Below are positions 53,091 to 64,000 of a DNA stretch of 64,000 bases, one piece after another. Source of the stretch: Paecilomyces variotii (Eukaryota). The notes beneath the pieces are model-generated. The model saw nothing but the letters and a program-made list of their open reading frames with translations, made no database searches and was not told where the DNA came from. Position 1 is the stretch's first letter. Each line of letters opens with the position of its first letter. The translations under genes were made by a program, and so were the position numbers. The DNA lies in assembly GCA_004022145.1 (NCBI GenBank), contig RCNU01000001.1; one strand, written 5' to 3'.

Positions 53091-53327
53091 TTTGAAGATT
53101 GTTGACCTTGTCAAAAAAAAAGAAGCGAGATAAGGAGGTGAATGGGAAATGTGGTTAATGGAGAGGATACAGAGATGCAGAGGGGTTAAGCAACAGTATT
53201 CCACGCGGTGAGTTGTCTCAAGTCGATCATGCCCCTGGAACGTGGGGGGACACGCAAGCCAATGGCGGGGCTCATTTCCCGTTTTGACAGCTCAAACCAT
53301 GCAAACATGACAAACAAGACAAACGAG

Positions 53328-53351
53328 CACGTGACTCTGCTTATGACGTCA
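53328..53351. promoter_or_regulatory. CACGTGAC E-box plus palindromic TGACGTCA (CRE/ATF) site in the divergent GLTP / Spo71 promoter
   Basis: CACGTGAC at 53328-53335 and TGACGTCA at 53344-53351, midway in a ~480-bp head-to-head intergenic region. Confidence 0.5.
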
Positions 53352-53567
53352 CAGTGCCTCGTTCTCATCCCATACCTGCCAAATGCGGAGAGATCTCAGC
53401 CACAGCCCTGGAGGCTCTGGCGACCCTGTGTTTGGATATCGCTGGCCATTCCCGGTATTCACTTCCTACTCGTTTTAGTTATTGTTTACTCCTATATGTA
53501 GTCATTCATTCCTTGGATTATTCTCTGTCAGTCAGGAGTCGCACTGTTTCAGAGCCCACCCTCTCCC

Positions 53568-56500
53568 ATGGGTTCGCAGCCAGGATCCGCCCAATTACCG
53601 CCCGATCCTCAGCAAGTTGATGCGGGGAGATGCCATGGCCAATGTGAGGCCCTAGATGCGGGATCGTATACAGCTCAGCAACTGGTACGTTCTCAGACAA
53701 AATACATGTTTGACACTATCTCTGATCCCATGACAGCGCCATGCTTCTGCGGAGCACTTGCATAAGACAACCAGACGTTTCTTCATCGGGCCAATTCCTG
53801 AAGGTTGGCTGAACAGTCATCGCAAGTCATGGTATCGAATGGGTCTGTCTTTCAAGAATTACTCGTCGCGAAGAGCAACGTTCTCTGCGGATCTTTCATC
53901 TGGCGAACAGAGACTGGGTTCTTTACAGGATGAAGCTTCATTGGCAGCTATCCAACAGCGCAGCTTTCCTATACTTGATGTTATAGAATCTGAAGAGACC
54001 GGACCAGACGAAACCCAAGATGCATCCAGAGTACCCACTCAGGACCTACAACAACTAGCAACCGGGGCCGGGATCACCGACACATCTACTCCAATGAACA
54101 ACATATCCCAATCTGAAGAATGTGTCATCACATCTAGCAATGATGAGCCGACAGAGTCTTCTGGGCCTGCTCATGTCTCCTCACCTGCTCAAAGTGCTCC
54201 TGATTCAGATGTTAGCGCTGAGGATGCACGGAATGGTGAGAATGCCAACATCAACAGCACTGGTCGCCATGGCAATCTCGATGCCACTGCGCGCTTGCTA
54301 CCTCATAATGGTTCAGACAATAAGCTGAAATCAAATGGCCGCCCCTCTGCGCGTCAAAGACTGAGCCCGGTGCCGTCAGTAAGCGATGCGAATTCATCAA
54401 CGTCCCTGCTGGGTCATCATGAGCGGCCTCGCCCGACAACAAACAATTCCGAAGAACCACCGCGCTCTCTGCAACAACAAATGCCGCAGGTTGATGAGAC
54501 CTGTGAAGATCCTAGGGCTGACCAGTGGCTTCTGAGTCCAATATCGAACAGACTAGCCCGATTTAACCTGGATGACAACGTATTGAACAAACAGCAGCGG
54601 ATCCGTCAACGCGTGCAAGGTATAGCCTCTAAACGACCTCGAAGATGGAAGCCACTTGAAGGGGAAGTTATCAAGGCAGAGAAGATGCTAGTCCGCGTCG
54701 AACAAGCATATCACCGAAGTCTCCCTGATGATTACACTGAAAACGACGGTCAGAAAATCGACACTCATCTTGTTGATAAGTGGCGTGAGTACCTTGTTGT
54801 GTGCCGCTACACTCCTCAGCAGAAGCATGCACCGTACACCCTCCAGATGTATAAGACGCGCGTGGTCCCGAAAGTGCAGACATCGAAAATCAACAAACCA
54901 GCCCGCCACGAGGTTCCCCTGACTTTAAAGCAGACCAGGGCTAACCTGTACTCTTCTCTCGATAAGACGCTCGTCATCTATCAGCCCTGCAAACACGGTA
55001 CCAAATTATATATGATACGAGCTCGATCTGGTGCAAATTCTGTGGAATGGTTCGCTTTTATCCGGCAAACTCTTGGGTGGCGTCGGCCATCGAAGCTTCT
55101 CATCAACGTTCCCGACCTTGATGTGTCCCTCATCATCAAGGACCCTTTTGGTGCCCATGATAAAAGATATGGTTCTGAAAATAAGGCAGAAGACCAGGGA
55201 GAACCGGCAATGGGAACGGAAGAGGATATAGCCGGGATCATTACACACGCCTGCTTGGAGCTTCTTCAGAGCCGAACTGAATGGTCTGATGTCTTAAAGT
55301 CGTGGTCTGAGGTTGAAAAAATGGGTCTTGCTTGGAAACGTTATGATCGATTGGAGTGGGTGGTTGGTCCAAACGAACGTAGAATGTTCGGCGCCATGGG
55401 GATGCAGATGTATCACGACCTTGAACTCCGACCGAAACATCACTATCCGACCGCCGTTAAAGGTCGCAATGAAGAAAAGGACCATGAGCCGCCTCCTGTG
55501 GAAGGTTTTTTAATTCGCCTGACGTCTCAAAAGGGTGTGCATCAGCGATTCAATAGGATGTTTTTCAAAAGACTCTATTTCTCAACTCAGGATAACTACC
55601 TTTTCTTCTGCAAGCCGGCGAAGGCTGCGCCACCTCCGCCACCGAAATTGCCTGCCTTGAGGGATGGCAATATACCCTCATCTTCGGAGATCGTACAGAA
55701 AATGCCGATTCAGTTCGATATCGACCCTTATCCGATCGAAAACGGAGATATTGCGTGGTTGTCCGGTGGTAATAAGGACTATGTTCGAGACCATGACCAA
55801 GAAGCATATGCGCATGTGCGACGAAATCTGCACAATCTAAGTCAGGCTGATGGTTTCATAAACTTGTGCAGGGTAAGGGAAGTGAGATATGTTCAGCGCG
55901 GCAGCTCTCCTGCTGACGCAAACGTGGGCGAGGGACCAGACATTGAGTTTCACCAGGAGGTCAGGGATACGCGTAGAGACGACGGCGCGACAAGTCAATT
56001 CGACAGCGATAGAACTTTCGAGTTGTTACTGAACAATGGTCTTGTAGTTCGACTGCAAGCCTACGACAACCATACGAGGGACGAATGGATGAAACGTTTG
56101 GATGCATTGGTCCGGTATTGGAAAGCACGCACCGCCGCAGATACGGCCGAAATCAAAGCACTACGGCGTCAGAACCTCGAACTGCTTGGCATTGACGAAG
56201 AAATGGAGTCTATGCTGGGACAGTTCGCACAGAAGTGGGAGGTCAGGAGGGCGCAGGCGTCCCCGCATCTCTATAACTTGTGTGCTTTGATAGGGTGTCG
56301 AGCAATAAAGGTATACATATCTTCGTGTTTCTTCATTTTCCTTTAACATGTTCATTTCTTACTCTTGGGTGAAACAACAGACAGCTAATCTTTCTAACCA
56401 CTAGATGTCCGGACCATTGTATCGTAAACCACGCCGTCACTCGACCTTTACCCGCTGTAATGTGATCCTCTCAGATGGAAAATTAATGATCTTCAAGAGC

Positions 56501-56962
56501 ACGCTGCGAAGAAGTACTGGTGTCGAAATACCCCATATACATCAGGAGCTTGACACTACTCTCGACCTCAGCGACTGTTACATCTATGCCGGCCTATTGA
56601 CCGAGTCGGATCTTCTTTACGCGAACCAGACGTTTGACAACAACCGTCCTGGTCGCCATCCATTGCCACGCATCTATCTTTCGACAGATGGCTTCACAAC
56701 TTGCGATGAGGACACCGCGGTCTGCTTCGTGATATGGCATCCACTCCGCAAGGACCTTTTCCGCACATCTGAGGTCCAGCAAGGAGGACATGCACGGCGG
56801 CGATTGCGACAGGTCTCCATGTTGGGTGTTCCTGGTCGGTCAATAGTATTCAAAGCACGAAGTCGAGTGGAGAGAGACCGATGGGTGCTGAGTATCGAAT
56901 CAGAGATGGATCGGTTACAAGACGAGCGGCTGGAGGACGTCCGTATCGTTTCCGATTCTTGA
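53568..56962 (+). CDS. Spo71/Mug56-family PH-domain sporulation protein; introns 53685-53736 and 56311-56404
   Basis: Spliced SYTAQQL|RHASAEHLHKTTRRFFIGPIPEGWL; PH-like segments (EGFLIRLT...FELLLNNGLVVRLQAY...WMKRL; MSGPLYRKPRRHSTF...FKARSRVERDRWV); LAWKRYDRLEW. Confidence 0.85.
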
Positions 56963-57618
56963 GCGCATGATTGCAACCATCCCTCATGTAGATTCCTTCC
57001 ATCGGCTTTGGGGGCTGTTAGGATACAGAATGGCGTTAGGTGATTAAAGCAGGATGAATCCTTGTTGTTTTGGCCATAGGGTAGGGACCTTCCGATGGCA
57101 TCTTTGTCGGCGCCCAACTGCTTTATTGAAAGACGAGCTGCAGATACCATCAGCACCCTTCACAAAGGGTATAAGACCATCAGCATCAGGTACCTGATTC
57201 CACCTATCTAGGATCAAAGCAGATAGGAATCACAGAAGTACGCTGGCGGAGGCAGTGCTCCGAGCAGTAATCGCCCACGATGAGGTCCTAGGGCATAAAT
57301 AGTCAATAGATCTCGGTATTCTCCAGCAGTTCAAGCAAATCAAGATTTTTTCCCGTTTCGCATGCTTTTCTTCCTACCCTGCTTCTGTGACCCTACCTAG
57401 AATCTTGCCTCTCGTTATTCAGTGGAATTCTCTTTTATTCGGTATTATTCATAGTTACAGGAACGCATGCGGGTTTATGATTCTATAAAGTACACGAGAA
57501 AGACAAATGCCCCCCCCTTGAAATGGCCAAGAAATGCCAGTTCACCCTCAAAGTGCCCTCCCAATACCGCATCAAAGCGGTACTAGGAGGTTAAGAGAAA
57601 GGATGTCGGTAACAATTT

Positions 57619-58080
57619 CTATTCCAGAACCGGCTTTTCCAGCTTCACAGCCTCCTTCAACACCCTTTCCCTGACCGCCGTTCCATACGTCGATTTCCTT
57701 TCGTCGCTAATCCCATTATCGCCGCCATTCTCCCAATCCCACCACCGTAACAACCTCGTCCGTGGCCATAGAACTGCGATCACGCGGCCAGTGATCAGAC
57801 TGATGCTGACAGGCCCGTAGGTATTACTGTCCAACGACCTTTTCGGATCGGCCGAGTCTCCTTCTAGCCAGACGTGGTTGAACGGTACGATCTGGGATTC
57901 CCGTGGGCAGGGTTCTCTTGTCGTGACTCGATCCCCGGGCAGAGCGATGACACGTTTGATAGCGATATTGTCGGGATTCGCGGGTGAACTGGCGCGGAAG
58001 ATGAATTGTTAGCATGAGCGCATCACCAAAAACCAAATCACCGAGACCAAAGACCAGAGTGGATGTCCCAATTGTGTTTG

Positions 58081-58118
<38 letters not shown>

Positions 58119-58633
58119 ACAAGCAGCAAAACGGCCCAGACATACCGAAAGGTAACGACCATCCCCCTCTCCAGCCTCCTTTTCCTCTCCCATGGCCATC
58201 CGCCCCATGGCCACATATTCACCAGCACCATATCACTCTTTGTCTGCATCTGTGCATAATCCTCGTTCAAGTACGGGGTCATACTGGGCCCGCGCACCCA
58301 CATCACTTGCAGGACATGTTCGGAAAAGAAAAGCCCAATTGGGACAATGGGAGCGAGGACACGAGCGACTCGGAGCGTCCGTTGGACGGGGACTGGGAGG
58401 CGGGAGAAGCTGGTTCGGAATCGGGAGAGAATAGAGGAGGGTCTGGCGGAGGAAGCGGGTTGTGATGTTGATGGAGGAGCGGCGGAGTGGGCGGAGGTAG
58501 GGATGGGGGTCGTCGCTGTTGCTATTGAAGGCTCCGGTCTTAGAGAGCGTCTTAAAAGCTCATCTTGTGAGAGAACTCGAGGTTTCTGCTGTGGGCTGGA
58601 GCCTGGTCTTATATCCGGTCTCGGCGGAGGCAT
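57619..58633 (-). CDS. Mitochondrial inner-membrane peptidase, S26 family (IMP2-like); intron 57989-58145 contains a long T run
   Basis: Catalytic Ser in VRGPSMTP and Lys in FR|SPANPDNIAIKRVIALPGD, plus HVWLEGD and SLDSNTYGPV. Confidence 0.9.
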
Positions 58634-59509
58634 TATCGGTGATGGACAGTGATGATGCAGGGAGTCGAGGGCGTGGAGGGGAAGGGCAATTGAGCGATTG
58701 TCTTCCTTAGAGTCTATTTTATAGTTATGGAAGTGTCAGTATCTATGGATTCTGACCTGCATTGGGGGAATTGAATGTCAACAAATATTTGAGATCTGAT
58801 CGTAATCGATAATACGGATCTCACATCTCGGAGTTGAATCTGGACAGCTTGTTTGCCTCGTTTGCATCAACATACGGATTATCACGATCAATTGTCGGAG
58901 TCATTTAATTAATCATACGGGGATCGCTGAAAAGATTTACTGGGATAGCAGAATAGTGTATTGTATAATGGATCCAAACATTTAAACATCATTACTTGTG
59001 GTGTGCAGAAATACTCTACCACAATAATCGCAAGCAGGTTGTTGTATACAGCTGCCGATTAATTATCTGAACGGACCTTAGAAGACAAGGACGTGGAAAA
59101 TATGTAAATCTAGGCTATGAGTTCTCGTGATTGGCTTTTTCTGGAAAGTCAAATCAAGTTGCTGGAAGAAAACGAGGATAATGATGATATTGAATAGATA
59201 GTACTGTTCTCAACTTCTCAAGTGAAGAAGACGGTTTCACGTGCGTCTGGGGAGCTTGAGCCTTGAGCTAAGTAAGTAAGCTTTCCCCGCCAAAGACCGA
59301 CGATCTGCCCAGACATCCAGTTACCAGGTCAAAGAGATCAACAAGATCATCGAGATCATCAGGCCTTTAAGCTATCTCAGGAGACGTTGTCTTTTGTGAC
59401 CGATCTCACCCCTCCTGGTGTAACTCAAGTCATCGTCTGTTGCTTCTCTACAGTCAACGACGTGCTGCGGGAAGCTCTGCCTTGTCAGATTTGAAGGACA
59501 TCCACCACG

Positions 59510-60604
59510 ATGGCGTCCTTGATTCCTCTTGCTGAGATTCCAACCATTTCTCTCCTATACAGGCTCAAGCATCTGGTTCCTGCATCATCTACTACGGCCA
59601 CACCATCTCAGGCCTTTAATGACACCATCAGCTTAATCCGTCACGATATCACGAAGCTGCAGGTGGATTGCATTGTCAATGCCGCCAATGAATCCCTTCT
59701 CGGTGGCGGAGGAGTGGATGGCGCTATCCACCGCGCTGCAGGTCCCGAGTTGCTTCGCGAGTGTCGGACACTGAACGGCTGCGCGACGGGCGATGCGAAG
59801 ATCACGAGTGCCTACCGTCTTCCTTGCAAGAAAGTCATTCATGCGGTCGGCCCGATTTATCAGTATGAAAAGAGCAAGGGAGGTAACAGACACGAGATTC
59901 TGCTCCGTAACTGCTACCGTCGTAGCTTGGAGTTGGCTGTGGAGAGTGGGATGAAGAGCATCGCCTTCTCAGCATTGAGTACCGGTGTCTACGGATACCC
60001 CAGTGAAGAAGCAGCGCTTGCAGCCGTCGACGAGGTCCGCAGTTTCTTGCAAGAATCGGACAACCTCGAGAAACTGGATCGTGTTGTTTTCTGCTGCTTT
60101 CTGGAGAAAGACGAACGGGCCTACGAAAGAGTGATACCGTATGTCTTCCATATTAATAAGGTGCACCTGACCATGAACTAACAACTCTGCAGTCGTCTCT
60201 TCCCTCCGACTAGTCAGGACCTGTCTCCTTCCTCGAAGCAGTCGGAATCTCAGCCACAAGCACAGGGTGAGTCTTCGCCATCTTCTGAGACGCTTGCTGC
60301 CCAGCTCCCAGACCCGCCCACCGAGGAGCCTACACTGGACGGACAGCCGGAGGCTAAGAAGCAGAAGGTTGACTTGGATGATCCAATCCATCGCGTTATT
60401 GTCAGAGATGATGAGAAAAGTGAGGACGATTGGGAGGAGGTTGACAAAGCGGATGGTGGACCGGTGGAAAGGTTGGACGATGAACCAGTCGAGGTCGGCC
60501 AGGCTTCATCTGTTGCGGACGTACAGAGCGTTCAGTCAAGCGGGATTATAGACCTTGATGAATCACAACACTCTGTACAAAGCATCCTGGACAAGGACTG
60601 GTAA
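59510..60604 (+). CDS. MacroD-type macrodomain protein (O-acetyl-ADP-ribose deacetylase / ADP-ribosylhydrolase) with acidic C-terminal tail; intron 60139-60192
   Basis: [53 protein letters not shown]. Confidence 0.95.
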
Positions 60605-61235
60605 TTTATTTGCCCTACTTCCCAGCAGTTTCACGCAGCGAGATGATGACATGCTGTACCTTTCGACTTCCTGATGGTTGGTTGGCTAGGCGTTATCTGG
60701 TTTGAGCGATGGTACCTATTTAACACGATGGCGTCCCCCTTGGCAAACCGCCTTTCTTTTATTTGCTTCAATTAGCTCTAGATATTAAATGGACGATTAA
60801 TATCTTTCTCTGTTGATTGTAATTCGAATATTGCGCATTACTCTCCCTCCAATCTATAGCAAACTCCTACTTTTCCAGTTCGGCGCTCAAAGTTCTATTT
60901 TCTATCTTAGCGTTGCCGATAAAAGGACCAAAGTGAGTCAAAGCCCCACGCACATAAAGGATAGTGTCAATGACCAGACCTCCCGGACTTATTCCACACG
61001 CAGGAAGTTGAATTATTGTGAACATTGAATTCAACCTCGCCTCAACATCAGTTTAAGTGGCTGGGAGACGCAGATTGGCCCTTGTGAACGTGGTGGCGGC
61101 TTTTAGATGTCCGGCGTGAGGTATACACTGAAGACACCCTAAGATCGTCTCCGCCAAATATGCTAATCAGAATGTACCAGATATAATCAATAAATCACTT
61201 ATATCAAACATCAAACATCAAAAGGGGACACCACA

Positions 61236-61959
61236 ATGTCCTTCCAAATCCGCCCCGCCACAGAAGCAGACATACCCGAAGTCCACGCTATAAACACTCA
61301 CTATGTCACCAACACCGTGGCGACATTTCTTCAGAACCCTGCACCTTTATCATCCATGTTCTTCAAGTTCAGAGACTTCACAGACCGCGGATTGCCCTTC
61401 CTGGTTGCTGTGGATGATGTCAAGAGCACAGGAGATACTTCCGAACGGCAACAGACCGTGATCGGGTACACGTATCTCTCCCCTTTCAGGGGCGCAATGC
61501 TCTCATATGCTCCTACTGTAGAGCTCTCGCTCTTCGTGCATAAGGATTATACTTCTCGAGGTGTGGGTAGCGCGCTGCTTTCGGCGCTCTTGGAGAAACT
61601 TCAAGGTGGCATGGTGAAGCACCTTGCGCGCGAACATGCTGGTGATCTCGAATATGAGGTTCTTGCCCCTGATGGTGGAGTACCGGTTCGTAATGTGATC
61701 GCTTGTATGGCGTTGGACGCAGTGAATGGTAAGGAAGGTGGTGAGGGGCTACGGAAGTGGTATGAGAAAAGGGGATTTGTGGAAAGAGGAAGGTTGAAAA
61801 GTGTTGGATGTAAAAAGGGAAGATGGTAAGTTCAGAAATTTCAAAAGCTTCTTCTTACGTTGTTTTATTATGGTGATGTTGAGAATGTATTATCCTACTG
61901 ACTGGTTATACTGGGACAGGATTGATACGGTATATCTTCAATATATTGTTCCAAACTAA
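61236..61959 (+). CDS. GNAT N-acetyltransferase (Pat/YncA-like); intron ~61826-61919
   Basis: IRPATEADIPEVHAINTHYV, TVELSLFV, acetyl-CoA motif SRGVGSALL, WYEKRGFVERGRLKSVGCKKGRW|IDTVYLQ. Confidence 0.9.
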
Positions 61960-62099
61960 GCTATATCTAAGAATTATGATCAATTTGAGCGACCCTGACA
62001 GCGCAGCACATGCGGATTAATGGACTAATTTGTCGTACCTTCTATGTTGTCTCTTTCTTACCCACCCATTTACATTGATACAATCTGGTGTAATCTCAT

Positions 62100-64000
62100 T
62101 CAGAGCAGACAGGAAATGACGTCTTTCAAATCTCTGAAAGGCGCTGCATCAGGACCCATACTCTGAAGCGTCTGTTCCAACCATTTCGCTGCTTTCTTGT
62201 CGACAAGTTCCCATATTTCTTTCCTGTCAGATGCTTTCTCTTCCAAGAATGTCCTGACCAGCAATGTGGCCAGGAGTCTGGATATGGTATTATCGAAAAA
62301 AGGATCTTCGTGGTTTCCAAGTCCATACTTCTCAGAAGCAGCATTCAGCTCTTCCTCGAGCTTAGGCTCAACCTTTGCATGGTCTATACCGAGTATCTGA
62401 AGGAGTTGAGTGGTCCAGTCCCAGGATCCTTCGAATGCCTGCAGGCCAATGATCTGATGGACTTTGTCCGTGTCTCCAGGGGCTGAAGGCGCCGATGGCG
62501 AGACATCACAAGAGCGTACAACACATCGGGGCCTTGCAGTCCTATAAGCGGTCTGTGGCACAATTCCTCTCCCTGAGCGATCTGAATGTTCAGTCAGATT
62601 GGTATCTGTCAAGTTCTCATGAGAAGGGAATGAGGATCGCGGGGTACCATGAAGTAGTGCGCCCACGGGGAACAGTGACTGACCAGAAGGGGATAAAGGG
62701 TTGTTTGTGTTTAGATTGGGTGGAGAAGCGAAGGGGCTTCTTGATAGATTCGAGGAACCAAAAAAGGAAACACCTTGGCTTGGAGGGAATCTTGTTGCGG
62801 GAGAGGGTTGTGATGTTTGAGGAGAGCCACCGAACAAAGACGAAATGCGAGGTGACGGAGACTGAGAAGTAGAACCGAAGAAGCCACCTGAATTGGATGG
62901 GCAACCAAACTGGGGAGCTCCATGATTGTTAGGTAAGGTCGATGATCCAGAGAAGAGCGTTGTTCTTGGAATTGAGGCACAACGGACCAGAGGAGTGCCA
63001 GAAGAACTTGAAGCAGGAATAGGGGTTTTACCATTATTTCCAAATGAACAGAAATCCGCCCGACCATGCGGAGGAACGTAAGTGCCTCTTGCGAGAGGAC
63101 GGAGAGTCGCCTGTTGTGCCATTTGCACATGTTGCTGTCCTGTTTTGCAAATGAGTTCAGTGGGATTGTTCGTCCTATATTGGCCATTCGCAATGTTATA
63201 AGCTGAAACTTACCTTGAGGAATCCCACCTCCACGGCCTCCATGAAGAAAGCGTCCTGAGCCTCCACCGCGTGTTCCAAAAGCAGTTGACGCATTAGCAT
63301 GCTCTGTCGAAGAAATTTGGCATTGCGAGACTGGCGTATTCATGGAGTTATCATTCTGCAGAGCCACGAAAGAACACCATCGTCCGGCTATCTGGAACTT
63401 CGTTCCCAGACGGACACATTCGCGAGCGACGATATTCTCCCACTTGCTGTCACACATGTCCTTCACCAAATTCCCATCTGCGGTTTTGGCATTGAGCAGC
63501 CAGCCACGTCCTTCTTCCAATTCCAACACTGCTCTCTTAGCAGCCAGTTGGTGGACAGTCTCTCCGATCCCGGCGTCCTGTATGGGGATTCTCAATGACA
63601 AAGACCCATGTTTCGAAGTTCCCCGAAAAATGAGGTCCTTGGGGGTCTTGCCTGCTGTTTCTGGCGAAAATATGATATAGATATTCGACCTGATGAAAGG
63701 GAACAACGAAGGGACCTTCCCGGGAGCTTGGAGTATATTCGGCACTGGAATAGTAGGAAGGTCCTTGAAACGGTCTGTGACGGGTATTTTGCCGTTTCCC
63801 GTCTTCAATTCTGGTTCTTGATAAGAATTGTCGAAAAGGGATATCGGCTCGGTGGTTTTCTTCATCGCTTTCTCGCCCTTCGAGTGTTCATTTGTAGATT
63901 CCGTGGACTCGACCATGGGGATTGTATTTGCTGCATCGACCATCTCGAAGTCATCATCACTGTCGACGGCAGCATACTCAACTTCGAGTGACAAGTCGTT
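62100..64000 (-). CDS. C-terminal part of a VIT/von Willebrand factor A domain protein (VWA5A-like); 5' end lies outside the window; intron 63140-63213
   Basis: LQAPGKVPSLFPFIR, TVHQLAAKRAVLELEEG, LGTKFQIAGRWCSFVA, and C-terminal IIGLQAFEGSW...WELVDKKAAKWL. The intron joins ORFs 62711-63994 and 62100-63128 in frame. Confidence 0.85.

Noticed and set aside
59510..64000. Macrodomain + GNAT + VIT/vWA as an ADP-ribosylation or defence system
   Set aside because: No ADP-ribosyltransferase or sirtuin is visible, and all three families are common stand-alone fungal genes; adjacency alone is insufficient.
1..64000. tRNA, rRNA, snRNA genes, CRISPR arrays, Starship captain or secondary-metabolite cluster
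   Set aside because: No matching motifs seen by eye: no tyrosine recombinase, PKS/NRPS or spaced repeat array. A covariance-model scan would be needed to exclude small RNAs formally.

Overview
Eukaryotic DNA from a filamentous ascomycete: genes have short GT-AG introns with CTRAC branch points, and the gene content is Eurotiales-like (inferred, not proven). About 18 protein-coding genes are supported. In order: a PAS-containing hybrid histidine kinase, BLOC-1 subunit KXD1, CENP-L/Fta1, a SulP/STAS transporter, eIF2-alpha, TRP channel Yvc1, an SDR, Pep7/Vac1, a DszC/SfnB-like flavin monooxygenase, a GPR1/FUN34 (AlcS-like) transporter, P5A-ATPase Spf1, a PTH11-like membrane protein, GLTP/HET-C2, Spo71/Mug56, an IMP2-like peptidase, a macrodomain protein, a GNAT, and a 5'-truncated VIT/vWA-type protein. 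The main feature the ORF track misses is a ~5 kb full-length Ty1/copia LTR retrotransposon (41042-46047) destroyed by RIP. Its LTRs, PBS, PPT and PR-INT-RT-RH motifs are still legible, and the RIP damage across its LTRs is strongly polarised. Other oddities are an intron that splits the Spf1 start codon, a 29-aa internal duplication in the SDR, and a possible RIP-damaged gene relic at ~14.7-15.7 kb. I did not find a convincing wholly new multi-gene system; most of the window looks like conserved housekeeping synteny. Family calls come from recognising motifs by eye, with no database search.
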